This document shows, in pieces, positions 31,009 through 39,684 of a stretch of 56,059 nucleotides of DNA (positions are counted from its first letter, which is position 1; the number at the start of each line of letters is the position of its first letter). The translations under genes were made by a program, and so were the position numbers. The DNA lies in the IMG/VR virus record IMGVR_UViG_3300027865_000011, positions 1 to 56,059 of that record; one strand, written 5' to 3'. Below the pieces are notes generated by a model, which saw only the letters and a program-made list of their open reading frames with translations, searched no databases and was not told the DNA's origin. This DNA is from a virus (Duplodnaviria; Caudoviricetes).

Positions 31009-31296
31009 ATGGACTCGAACATCAAGTGGCCGAGACACAAAGCTTCTCTGTCTGTGGAACATCAGCCACACAAGGCGTACTACGAGTCCATCGCCCAACA
31101 CATGGAGTCTTTGGGAGGCGCGGCACCCTCTTGGGCAACGGAGGACTCCGAGAGGTTGGCATTGGAGAAAGATGAGTTGTGGTTTCTGCTGTGGTATCCG
31201 GACACCCCGGTAGCCTTTTTCTCAGTAGCAGGCCACTCCTTGGAAGACGCGCTCGAGGGGGCACGAATGATCCAGGAACAGGAGGACTCGCGATGA
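31009..31296 (+). CDS. Hypothetical protein
   Basis: GAGGAGG RBS; WYPDTPV.F motif. Confidence 0.7.
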   Translation: MDSNIKWPRHKASLSVEHQPHKAYYESIAQHMESLGGAAPSWATEDSERLALEKDELWFLLWYPDTPVAFFSVAGHSLEDALEGARMIQEQEDSR

Positions 31297-31703
31297 AAGA
31301 TCCGATGGACGATCTGAAAAGCTCCGCAAACACGGTGCTGGGGTTTCGGTACGCGGCTGCTCTTTTCGCAGGCGTGGCGATCTGGGCTCTCTTGGGCTTC
31401 GGGTGGTGCATGCTCTTCTTGGCAGCTTGTGCTTTGGGTTCTGCGTTCTATCTCCGGCGTTCGGCTGACAAGAAGATAGTGATGGACTTGGTTGAGAAAT
31501 CAGCCCAGAAGGAAGCGCCAGCCCGAGGCCCCTTCGTCCGCAACAGCAAGATGGTCCTCGGAGATGATGTGCATCTGGAGTACAAGAACCCTGGCCATAC
31601 CCTCAATGGGCCCATGTCTTGGCGGCTTGGAAAGAGCTTTGGGAAGACCCCAGGCGCCCCGGCATCAAGTACGGGCATCAGTACACCATCAGTCTCGCGT
31701 TGA
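31293..31703 (+). CDS. Membrane protein
   Basis: GGAGG RBS; two hydrophobic segments. Confidence 0.65.
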   Translation: MKDPMDDLKSSANTVLGFRYAAALFAGVAIWALLGFGWCMLFLAACALGSAFYLRRSADKKIVMDLVEKSAQKEAPARGPFVRNSKMVLGDDVHLEYKNPGHTLNGPMSWRLGKSFGKTPGAPASSTGISTPSVSR

Positions 31704-31785
31704 TGGAAGAGGAGGTGACGGACGGTGGGACGGACGGTGGGACTGATGGCGAGGACTCGTGACACGGACTCGAAGGAGGTGAGAC

Positions 31786-31962
31786 ATGAGTAGGAGGCGC
31801 GATATCTACCAAGCCATCAAGGATGCCGTCGATGAGGGTCGTGGCCTGCACTTGTCGGCGTATGAGGTTCTTCTCTTGTGGCACGACCAAGCTATTCAGC
31901 AGATCATATGGACCGCGCTGGAAGAGCAAGCGGATCTCATAGACCCAGGAGGTGAGACATGA
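31786..31962 (+). CDS. Small protein (58 aa, not in ORF track)
   Basis: AAGGAGGT RBS; MSRRRDIYQ...PGGET*. Confidence 0.7.
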   Translation: MSRRRDIYQAIKDAVDEGRGLHLSAYEVLLLWHDQAIQQIIWTALEEQADLIDPGGET

Positions 31963-32300
31963 GCGAAGCTGAGAAGCGTGAGTACCTGCTCAATCGTGGG
32001 TGGTTCTTCCTACACATCGACACACTCGGAGGCGATTCGAAGGAATACGCCATAAAGCACCCGGACCTGCCGAGCTACGATGCGTTCGGGTTCGAGAGTC
32101 TGGACCCGGTCGAAAACGCCGTCGAGCTACAGCGACATGTCGACAAGGCCCGCGAAGAGGGGCGGCAAGAGGAACAAGAGGCGTGCGCGAAACTGGCGGA
32201 GTCTGCTTTTCCTCCGGCGTTCGGACCGGTTTCCATGTTCTGTCCACGAGAACTTGGCAGGATCATGGCCGAGCGTATCCGCGCCCGAGGTGAGACATGA
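31959..32300 (+). CDS. Hypothetical protein
   Basis: GGAGGT RBS; EQEACAKLAE...AERIRARG motif common in small phage proteins. Confidence 0.7.
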   Translation: MSEAEKREYLLNRGWFFLHIDTLGGDSKEYAIKHPDLPSYDAFGFESLDPVENAVELQRHVDKAREEGRQEEQEACAKLAESAFPPAFGPVSMFCPRELGRIMAERIRARGET

Positions 32301-32404
32301 GCGAGAGCATCAAAGAGCATCTTGAGGGCAAGGGGTGGCTGTTCCATTTGGAGACATCCGATTGTGACGGAGCACAGTGTATACACTCGCGTGACGCTAC
32401 CTGA
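32297..32404 (+). pseudogene. Truncated paralog of 31959-32300 (35 aa)
   Basis: MSESIKEHLEGKGWLFHLET vs MSEAEKREYLLNRGWFFLHIDT. Confidence 0.45.
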
Positions 32405-32479
32405 ATGAATCTTGCGAGGCCTCGCGAAGTAGCTGGCCTCTTCTACCGGGGCATGAGCCCCTCAACTTGGAGAACTACC

Positions 32480-32983
32480 GTGAAGCAAGCGCTTCTTTTC
32501 CTGGCCATCATTGGCCTGTTCTTGGTGCCCGCCGTTTCGCTGGCGCAATGCCCTCTCTCGGGTGGTGACGCCAACATCAGGTACAACGAATCGTCAACGG
32601 GTGCTTGGGGGATCCACCACATGGGTCGTTGGGATGTCGATCTTGACGAGTCGTTGATCCCGTTCAACCCTGGCGGGGAGTGGCATTTCCATTCTGCTCT
32701 CATCGTGAGCGCGGACTGTGCTTGTGGCGGTGAGCACAATACGGCGGATTGGGCTACCGAAGCTGGCGGCAAGATGTACATCGACGTACCCGCTGCACGA
32801 GCGGCGGACTGCTTCAAGATCGAGATTGAGATTTGGGTAACGTGGGCCGACGATTCGACGCCGACCAACTACACCCACACGTGGTACACACAAGAGATCG
32901 ACATTTCGAGTTGCGCTCCGCTCGTGACGACCACCACCGGCTGGCATGACCGAAGCCTCCACCGCATGCTGCTCGTGATGTAG
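32480..32983 (+). CDS. Secreted protein with signal peptide
   Basis: GGAG + GTG; KQALLFLAIIGLFLVPAVSLA|Q; several Cys/His. Confidence 0.65.
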   Translation: MKQALLFLAIIGLFLVPAVSLAQCPLSGGDANIRYNESSTGAWGIHHMGRWDVDLDESLIPFNPGGEWHFHSALIVSADCACGGEHNTADWATEAGGKMYIDVPAARAADCFKIEIEIWVTWADDSTPTNYTHTWYTQEIDISSCAPLVTTTTGWHDRSLHRMLLVM

Positions 32984-33042
32984 CCAGCCCGACCACGACC
33001 ACCGGAGCATAAGGCAGCACCCCCATGAGCGTCGCCTATGCT

Positions 33043-33144
33043 CCCCTCCTAGAGTCCGAGGAGCAGGACAAGGGACTTGCCTCTCGGACTCTAGGAGGGG
33101 ACTCGAGGAGGGGACTCGAGGAGGGGACTCGAGATCTGGACTCG
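33043..33144. repeat. Second 13-bp-period GGACTC array overlapping an 18-bp inverted repeat
   Basis: GGACT at 33073, 33086, 33099, 33112, 33125, 33138; CCCCTCCTAGAGTCCGAG (33043-60) pairs with 33083-33100. Confidence 0.92.
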
Positions 33145-33166
33145 GTAACACCAAAGGAGATCGACA

Positions 33167-33349
33167 ATGAGCATCGGCGGCTGGCACATAAAAGGCATTC
33201 TGCGCAAGGTCACGAAAATCGAGAACGTCGAACACCACCCCAAGAAGAAGAAGATCACCCTTCACTGCGGGCACACCATCCTGCGGTGGGATGCCGACGT
33301 GCCCAAGAAGCGCGCGCGGTGCCTTGAATGCGCCAAGCGTAGGCCTTGA
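33167..33349 (+). CDS. Small zinc-binding protein
   Basis: AAGGAG RBS; LHCGH...RCLEC. Confidence 0.65.
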   Translation: MSIGGWHIKGILRKVTKIENVEHHPKKKKITLHCGHTILRWDADVPKKRARCLECAKRRP

Positions 33350-33564
33350 ACAGGAGCAAGAAGGTGAAGAACTTCAATGGCAAGGCACTGGCGAGGCTTT
33401 GGATCCACTCAACATGCACGGTCATCATGTTGCTGGTGGGGGCGCACTTCTTGGATAAGGGCTACTACTGGTTTGCCGTCATCGCAGCGGTCTTGACGCC
33501 TTGCAATCTTTGGTCCGCCGTGGACGCCATGATCGACTTCCGCAAAGAGGAAAACAAGAAATGA
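33346..33564 (+). CDS. Small membrane protein
   Basis: Overlap-coupled both sides; two hydrophobic helices. Confidence 0.55.
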   Translation: MNRSKKVKNFNGKALARLWIHSTCTVIMLLVGAHFLDKGYYWFAVIAAVLTPCNLWSAVDAMIDFRKEENKK

Positions 33565-34730
33565 CACTCGTAAGAGAGCAACTCAACGGTTGCCAGCTTG
33601 CCGCCGTCCAAGCAATCAAGGCTTGGTTCGATGAACGGCCGGACGACGTGAGAGAAGACGACATCGTCTGGCATCCCCAAAGCAAGGAGCTCTCCCTGGG
33701 AGGCCTCGCCGGCACGGGGAAGACGTCCCTCGTTGCCTTCTTGATGCAGGACTCGGAGTTCCTTGGATTGTTCGCCGGGGTCCTCACCCCCACGGGCAAG
33801 GCGGCCGAGGTGCTTCGAAGCAAGGGCATCCCCGCGGACACCATCCACAGTGCGCTCTATCGCTGCACGGGCGAGGAGGAGGAGAACGACCGCGGTGAGC
33901 TGTCGCCGGTCTTCGAGACCAAGACCCCGATATTCCGCCGCGGGGACTTCGTCATCATCGACGAGGCTTCGATGGTCAATGCGGAGCTTGCTCGAGACAT
34001 CCGAAACGCGGGGTGGAACGTGCTCTGGGTCGGTGACCACGGACAGCTCCCCCCGGTGGGCGAGGATCCGGGGATCATGACCGAGCCCGATCTTCTCCTC
34101 GACGAGATCATGCGCCAAGCCGCTGAGAACCCCCTCATCGCCTGCGCGTACCATCTGAGGCAAGGAGGCACTCCACAAAACTGGGGCCCCACATATTCCG
34201 AAGTGGTGGTGAGGGCGAGGACCTACCCTTCGCACTACGCAAAAGCAGCCTACGACGGGCGCTACGACCAGATAATCTGCGGCTTCAACCGAGATCGCCA
34301 CGCAATCAACATCCAATCCCGAGCCCTTCGGGGCTTCACCGACCCTCTTTGCGTGGGGGACTTGGTGATCTGCCTGCGAAACTCTCGGAAGAAGGGGATC
34401 TGGAACGGGCAGATCTTCGAAGTCCTCGAGCTCAGCGAAGGCTCCGTCACGAACTGCGTGAGCGCGGTGCTCCGCTCGGAAGATCCCGACGCGGGCGCCA
34501 TCTACGTGGACATCGACGTGCCGTCGCTCGGCGGCGCTCCGGCGGGGTACGGACGAGCTAAGAAGGCGCATCTCTTCGACTACGCCTACGCGATCACCTG
34601 CCACAAGGCCCAAGGGAGCGAGTGGGGAAAAGTCCTCGTCGTGGATTCTCCCTGCCAGTCTTGGGACAACGACCGGTGGCGCTACACCGCGGTAACGCGC
34701 GCGCGGGACCAAGTCACGATCTTCGCATAG
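33561..34730 (+). CDS. SF1B helicase (Dda/RecD-like)
   Basis: GLAGTGKT, TPTGKAA, DEASMV, GDHGQLPPV, YAITCHKAQGSEW, YTAVTRA. Confidence 0.93.
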   Translation: MTLVREQLNGCQLAAVQAIKAWFDERPDDVREDDIVWHPQSKELSLGGLAGTGKTSLVAFLMQDSEFLGLFAGVLTPTGKAAEVLRSKGIPADTIHSALYRCTGEEEENDRGELSPVFETKTPIFRRGDFVIIDEASMVNAELARDIRNAGWNVLWVGDHGQLPPVGEDPGIMTEPDLLLDEIMRQAAENPLIACAYHLRQGGTPQNWGPTYSEVVVRARTYPSHYAKAAYDGRYDQIICGFNRDRHAINIQSRALRGFTDPLCVGDLVICLRNSRKKGIWNGQIFEVLELSEGSVTNCVSAVLRSEDPDAGAIYVDIDVPSLGGAPAGYGRAKKAHLFDYAYAITCHKAQGSEWGKVLVVDSPCQSWDNDRWRYTAVTRARDQVTIFA

Positions 34731-34822
34731 ACCAGGACAACAGCGGACCCGAGGTGGATGCCTCTCGACTCGGGGCCGGAGAAGCGGTACGGTGAGAGGC
34801 CATACACGGAGCGAGTACGACT

Positions 34823-36265
34823 ATGAGCACACAGAAGACGAACGTACCGACGGAGAGAAGTGAAACCATTCTCGAGGAGGCCGCGCGCATTGTAGACGGC
34901 CCGCGGCGGAAGGAGTACGGCCATCCGAAGGCCAATATCGGCCGGGTCGCCATCTTCTGGTCGGAAATCGTCGGCGTCCCCATTTCCCCCGCGCAGGTGG
35001 CCCTCTGCATGATCGCCCTCAAGATCGCGCGGCTCGCCCACAAGGTCGATCGGGACGGCGTGGTGGACATCTGCGGCTACGCCAGGATCCTCGAGCTGCT
35101 CTGCCTCGGAGCCGCGGAGGGTTCGGGTGGGGAGGATTCTGCGCAGGCCGCGGAGGAACCCCCAAGTGCTTCGCCGGGCACCAACTTCCAGGGATCGTGC
35201 CTCAACATCCCGGCGTCGGCGAGCGCCCCGAAGGAGCCTACCCCATCTCTGCGTGACCACACCGTACGCAGCAAAGGGCTTGACGCCTTGCACGAGGCGC
35301 TCAAGACAAGCCAGGCCGCCTTGCGGGAGCTTTCCCTCGAGCAGCGCATCTTGAAGCAGCGGATCTGCCAAGAGGCGCTCAAGATTCCGCCCTCTTCGAC
35401 CGTCGAAGACGCACCTGAACCCAAGCCAAAGCGCAAGATTTCGGAACTGATCGACGAGGCTGTTAGAGATGGTGCGGATGAGCCGTCGCCCTCTGCTTGG
35501 GCCCTGGCACACATCAAGCAGTACACCCTCCCCTGCCCCAAGGAGCAGCTCCCCAAGCACTGGGTCCGCAAGAAGGATCTGCGCACGGGCGAGTTCTTTC
35601 CCTTGCGAGCGAACGGGGCGATGTTGGTGGGCTTCTACGAAGACCACCCGATCAAGCTGCTCATCGACGAACAGGGCCGCCCCTGCACGCTGATCTACTC
35701 CGGGGCGTTCAGCCCTGGGCCGTCGTCGTTGACCCCCAAGCCGGACAGTCAATGGATTTGGGAGTGGGACGCAGACAAGAAGCTCTTCCGTAGAGACCTC
35801 ACTGCGACGGAGATCGATGGCATCCTGGCGGGGGTCTTCGGGTTCGACACGATAGGAGGCAACGGCTTCCGGATCTTCAGGGTGCTCGGGTACGAGAACC
35901 CCTACGCCGAGGAGCCCTCCAGAGAGGCCCCTCAGCCTACGCCTGAGCAGGAGACACCGGCCAGCCCGCCCTGCTCGACCTTCCCGCGCCGAGAGACCGT
36001 CAGCAGCTTCCGAGGGAACCCGGTGGAGCTCCTGATCGGTGCCGACGACATCCCCTACGCCCTCTTCTGCGCGTCGACCGTCATCCCCTGCAAGGCAGAT
36101 GATTGGGGACACGACGACGTGAGGACTGGATGGCTCCGGGATCTCTCCCCGGAGGAGATCGCTGCTTGGGCCTCCGAGTCGCTCACCTTCGAAGAAGTCT
36201 CGAACCACGGACCCGGCTATCTGGAGATCAGCACATCCACCACCATCCCTCCCGAGGAGGACTGA
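34823..36265 (+). CDS. DUF6378-domain protein with long C-terminal extension
   Basis: ILEEAARIVDGPRRKEYG...VALCMIALKIAR...DICGY. Confidence 0.75.
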   Translation: MSTQKTNVPTERSETILEEAARIVDGPRRKEYGHPKANIGRVAIFWSEIVGVPISPAQVALCMIALKIARLAHKVDRDGVVDICGYARILELLCLGAAEGSGGEDSAQAAEEPPSASPGTNFQGSCLNIPASASAPKEPTPSLRDHTVRSKGLDALHEALKTSQAALRELSLEQRILKQRICQEALKIPPSSTVEDAPEPKPKRKISELIDEAVRDGADEPSPSAWALAHIKQYTLPCPKEQLPKHWVRKKDLRTGEFFPLRANGAMLVGFYEDHPIKLLIDEQGRPCTLIYSGAFSPGPSSLTPKPDSQWIWEWDADKKLFRRDLTATEIDGILAGVFGFDTIGGNGFRIFRVLGYENPYAEEPSREAPQPTPEQETPASPPCSTFPRRETVSSFRGNPVELLIGADDIPYALFCASTVIPCKADDWGHDDVRTGWLRDLSPEEIAAWASESLTFEEVSNHGPGYLEISTSTTIPPEED

Positions 36266-36266
36266 T

Positions 36267-36596
36267 ATGTCCGGAGCACTCCTGCATTTTCGCGACTGGC
36301 ATCGGGAAGTCCACTGGATCGTTTTCCACGACCAGCAGCGGGTGAAGAACACGATCGCTGCCATCAAGACCTACCAGTGGTACAAGACCGCGGGGCTGGT
36401 GTTCGATCCGAAGAACCCCCCGCCGGCCGATCGCCTCGAGCTTGCAGGAGTGTTCCGCCGTCGAACTCAGCAAGTGGTGAAGTTCGACGGCACCAAGGAT
36501 CTGCTGGAGCAAGGAGAGCTGGCCGAGAAGGTGGCTTGGATCCAGAAGGAATGCGGAAAACGAGGCATCCCGGTAACCTTGAGCGATTCCCAATGA
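36267..36596 (+). CDS. Hypothetical protein
   Basis: GAGGAGG RBS; 109 aa. Confidence 0.7.
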   Translation: MSGALLHFRDWHREVHWIVFHDQQRVKNTIAAIKTYQWYKTAGLVFDPKNPPPADRLELAGVFRRRTQQVVKFDGTKDLLEQGELAEKVAWIQKECGKRGIPVTLSDSQ

Positions 36597-37040
36597 AACC
36601 CAGAAAACCACCTTCGGCCGCGCAGAAGAGACGTCGCGCTATCTGGCCCTGACATGGTGGTCTCCTTTGGCATTCGAAAGACTCAAGAAGGCTATGCGGT
36701 GACCCGCAAAGCTGTCACCGAGGGTCTCATGGGGCCGACTTGGACGAAACGAGCCTACGCCCGGACGTTCAAGGTACAGCTGGAAGAGCTCTTGGCTAGT
36801 TGTGTAGCGGAGCTGCGGGACTCTGTTCCTTGGGCCACTATCCAGAGGGATACTCGACACTCGTTGACCTACATGACCAAGATGCGGCTTCTGGTAGAAG
36901 ACGACCCTGTGCTGTGGTGCTGGGAAGTCGATCAGCTCGTGCTGATGCTCTGTCTTTTTGCAGCCAACGAGTCTCAAGTGCCTATGCCTCCAGTCATGCT
37001 TGAGAGTTGCCGGGAAGCGCTTGAAAACTCCTACTTGTGA
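36593..37040 (+). CDS. Hypothetical protein split at CCC-TGA (frameshift or indel)
   Basis: 19-codon ORF from coupled ATG 36593 ends CCC TGA; +1 frame continues to 37040. Confidence 0.5.
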
Positions 37041-37049
37041 CACACGCCC

Positions 37050-39683
37050 ATGCCTCAATGGCCAAACGTAACCGTCTTGCATTACCGGAACACCCGAGGC
37101 ATCAACGCCTACGGGGACGAAGCGCCGAAGCTTCCTGTGATGCCCCTCAAGACCGCGTTGGAGAAGAGGTGGGTCACAGACTCCCACATGACCGGCTACT
37201 TGCTGCACCACGACGCCTCTGAGGTCTATGCAAAAGATGGGGAGATGGTCAGGGTCAACAAGCCATCTCTCGAGTCTTTAGCCAGCGAAGGGTTCTCTGT
37301 CCTGACCAGTGTGGTCCTCGTAGATCTCGATCTTCCCAAGCACATCTTTTGGGACGAAGAGCAGCTGGCGCTGTTCCTCGAAGCCTTCGAAACCGCCAGC
37401 ACCCAAGACGAGATGTTGAAGCAGTGGCACGCTTTCTATTCCACGAGATCCGGTGCTCGTCTCGTCTACGCGCTGGATCGGCCGGTGCCCTGCCCCGCGG
37501 CGGAAGGAGTGATTAGGGGGATCCTCTTTCGGATATCGCAGACAGCTCTCGGCCCCTACACAGACACCAGCACCTACGACTTCACTCGACTGTTCCGGCT
37601 TCCTCAAGTGACTCGGGACGGTCATCCTTCTTGGGAGCAGGACTACTGCCAGCTCGAGTTTCAGCCCGAGCAACCGCTCTTGGCCACGAAAAACATCGCC
37701 CCGATCCTGACCACGGCGAAGAAGTACGGGAAGGTTCTACGGATCACGGGGGATTGCCCCGGGGCCGACGAAGCCAAGGCGTGGCTCACCATAACCAGCG
37801 AGACCACCGGGCAGCCCGTGATGAGCGAGTGGTTCAAACGGGCGAGGAGACAACTCAAAGGCCGAGAGAGCGCCGACCTGATAGACGGGAAGCTGGACCT
37901 CGAGACCTGGCCCGACGGAAGGAACAACGGCCTACGCTTCTGCGTCGGGCAAGCGGTGAACCTGCTCTACCTCCTGCCAGGAGCAGACCCGAAGCTGCTC
38001 TTCGCCCTCTTTGTGGACCCTTGCGAGCAGCTCGAGGCAAGGACCGGGGACGATGACGGCAAGTCTTGGTTGGACATCCTCTGGCATTTGACCACTCATT
38101 GCTGGGAGAAGGAGTCGGCCAGCGTTCAGGTGGAGGACGCGAAGCGTGAGCACGTGGCCCTTCAATCGGGCAAGATCTCCCTGGACATCTTGACAGGCAT
38201 GAGGAAGTGGTGCTCTTGCTCTATCGTGCATGGCCCGGAAGTCGAAGCGATGCTCTGGCTGAATCGGTATCTGATCGTGTTCTGCGACGGGTTGTACTAC
38301 GTGATGCGCCCCGACGGTTACTACGACAGCGTGGGCGTGGGCGTGCCCAACTTGGTCGCCCGAATCCGAGAGTTGGGGATGCAGGGGATCATTCCCATAG
38401 AAGAAGAGGTGGTCGTAGGTGGGCAGGTGGTTCGGCGAGATGTCCCGACACAGAGGATCATCAACCGTCATGTTTCGGTCGTCCCCTACTGCGCCGGAAT
38501 CGTGGGCACCGCCGGAAGCGTCGTGCGGGATCTGGGCACAGACTCTGCCACGTTTCAGTTCAAAATGTACTCGAGGCGCACCGACATTGATCCGCAGTGG
38601 TCCGACGAAGTAGACGCTTGGATGGCAGCGACCTTCGGAGAGGCCTACGAAGAGGTGAAGAACTGGATAGCCCACGCCTTGAACTTCGAAGGCGGCGGGA
38701 TCTGCGCGCTCAGCATCAATGCGCCGCCGGGCATCGGCAAGAAGCTTCTCCTCGAAGGCCTCGCGGAGTGCATCGACACCAAGGCGGTAGCCAGCGCCAA
38801 GGAGCTGACGGGGCGCTTTCAATCCATGATGCTCAGCACGCCCTTCCTATCCATCAACGAAGGTCTGCCCAAGGTATCCCGCGACGGGAGCAACGACCCC
38901 GCTGACTCTTTCCGTGCCTTGATAGCCGGAGACACCCACAAGGTGGAGCAGAAGGGCCGCGGCATCATCTCGATCCACAATCCGATGCGTATTGTGATCA
39001 CCGCGAACAATGACAGAATCCTGCAAGACTTGTACGGCAACCAAGACCTAAGCCCCCAGGACCGGGCAGCTCTCGGTAAACGCATCCTCCATTTCGATCT
39101 TGGAGCCGAGGGAGAAGCGTGGTTGCGCAGGAAGGGAGGCATGGCCTACACCGGGAACCCACAAAGACGATGGATCCGAGGCGACGATGGCCGACAGAGC
39201 CACTGGCTGATGGCCAGGCATTTCTTGATGCTCTACAAGCATCGTCTTCCTGTCCCGATCGGCAACCGTCTCTTGGTTGAAGGAGACCCAGACAGCGGCA
39301 TCGTCCGAGAGATGGCCGTGTCAAGCGGTGGGTCGCCAGAGATCATCGAAGTGATCGTGAGGATGACGGAGGAATCGCAATTCCCCCCAGGGATCCAGCT
39401 AAAAAACGGGGGCGTCTATGTGTCCGCCCTCGGCGTGCGAGACTTCCACACACAGCTCTTTCCCTTCGAGAAGAAGCTGAGGCTCTCCCGGGTGAGCTCG
39501 GTACTTCGGGGCCTGTCCTCGAGGAGTGCCAGCCAAGCTCGACAACTCCACGGCCCAGGCACGCCGAAAGTCCGAGCTTGGAAGATCGACACGAATATCC
39601 TGATGCGACATGCAGACACGAACGGACATCCTTGCGAACGCCTAAAGGATCTGGTAAGCTCCAACGCGAACGCGAACGAATAA
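37050..39683 (+). CDS. Primase-helicase (AEP-like N-terminus, P-loop NTPase C-terminus)
   Basis: VDLD, STRSGARLVY, TRLFRLP..RDG; RNN; APPGIGK, INE, VITAN. Confidence 0.85.
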   Translation: MPQWPNVTVLHYRNTRGINAYGDEAPKLPVMPLKTALEKRWVTDSHMTGYLLHHDASEVYAKDGEMVRVNKPSLESLASEGFSVLTSVVLVDLDLPKHIFWDEEQLALFLEAFETASTQDEMLKQWHAFYSTRSGARLVYALDRPVPCPAAEGVIRGILFRISQTALGPYTDTSTYDFTRLFRLPQVTRDGHPSWEQDYCQLEFQPEQPLLATKNIAPILTTAKKYGKVLRITGDCPGADEAKAWLTITSETTGQPVMSEWFKRARRQLKGRESADLIDGKLDLETWPDGRNNGLRFCVGQAVNLLYLLPGADPKLLFALFVDPCEQLEARTGDDDGKSWLDILWHLTTHCWEKESASVQVEDAKREHVALQSGKISLDILTGMRKWCSCSIVHGPEVEAMLWLNRYLIVFCDGLYYVMRPDGYYDSVGVGVPNLVARIRELGMQGIIPIEEEVVVGGQVVRRDVPTQRIINRHVSVVPYCAGIVGTAGSVVRDLGTDSATFQFKMYSRRTDIDPQWSDEVDAWMAATFGEAYEEVKNWIAHALNFEGGGICALSINAPPGIGKKLLLEGLAECIDTKAVASAKELTGRFQSMMLSTPFLSINEGLPKVSRDGSNDPADSFRALIAGDTHKVEQKGRGIISIHNPMRIVITANNDRILQDLYGNQDLSPQDRAALGKRILHFDLGAEGEAWLRRKGGMAYTGNPQRRWIRGDDGRQSHWLMARHFLMLYKHRLPVPIGNRLLVEGDPDSGIVREMAVSSGGSPEIIEVIVRMTEESQFPPGIQLKNGGVYVSALGVRDFHTQLFPFEKKLRLSRVSSVLRGLSSRSASQARQLHGPGTPKVRAWKIDTNILMRHADTNGHPCERLKDLVSSNANANE

Positions 39684-39684
39684 C

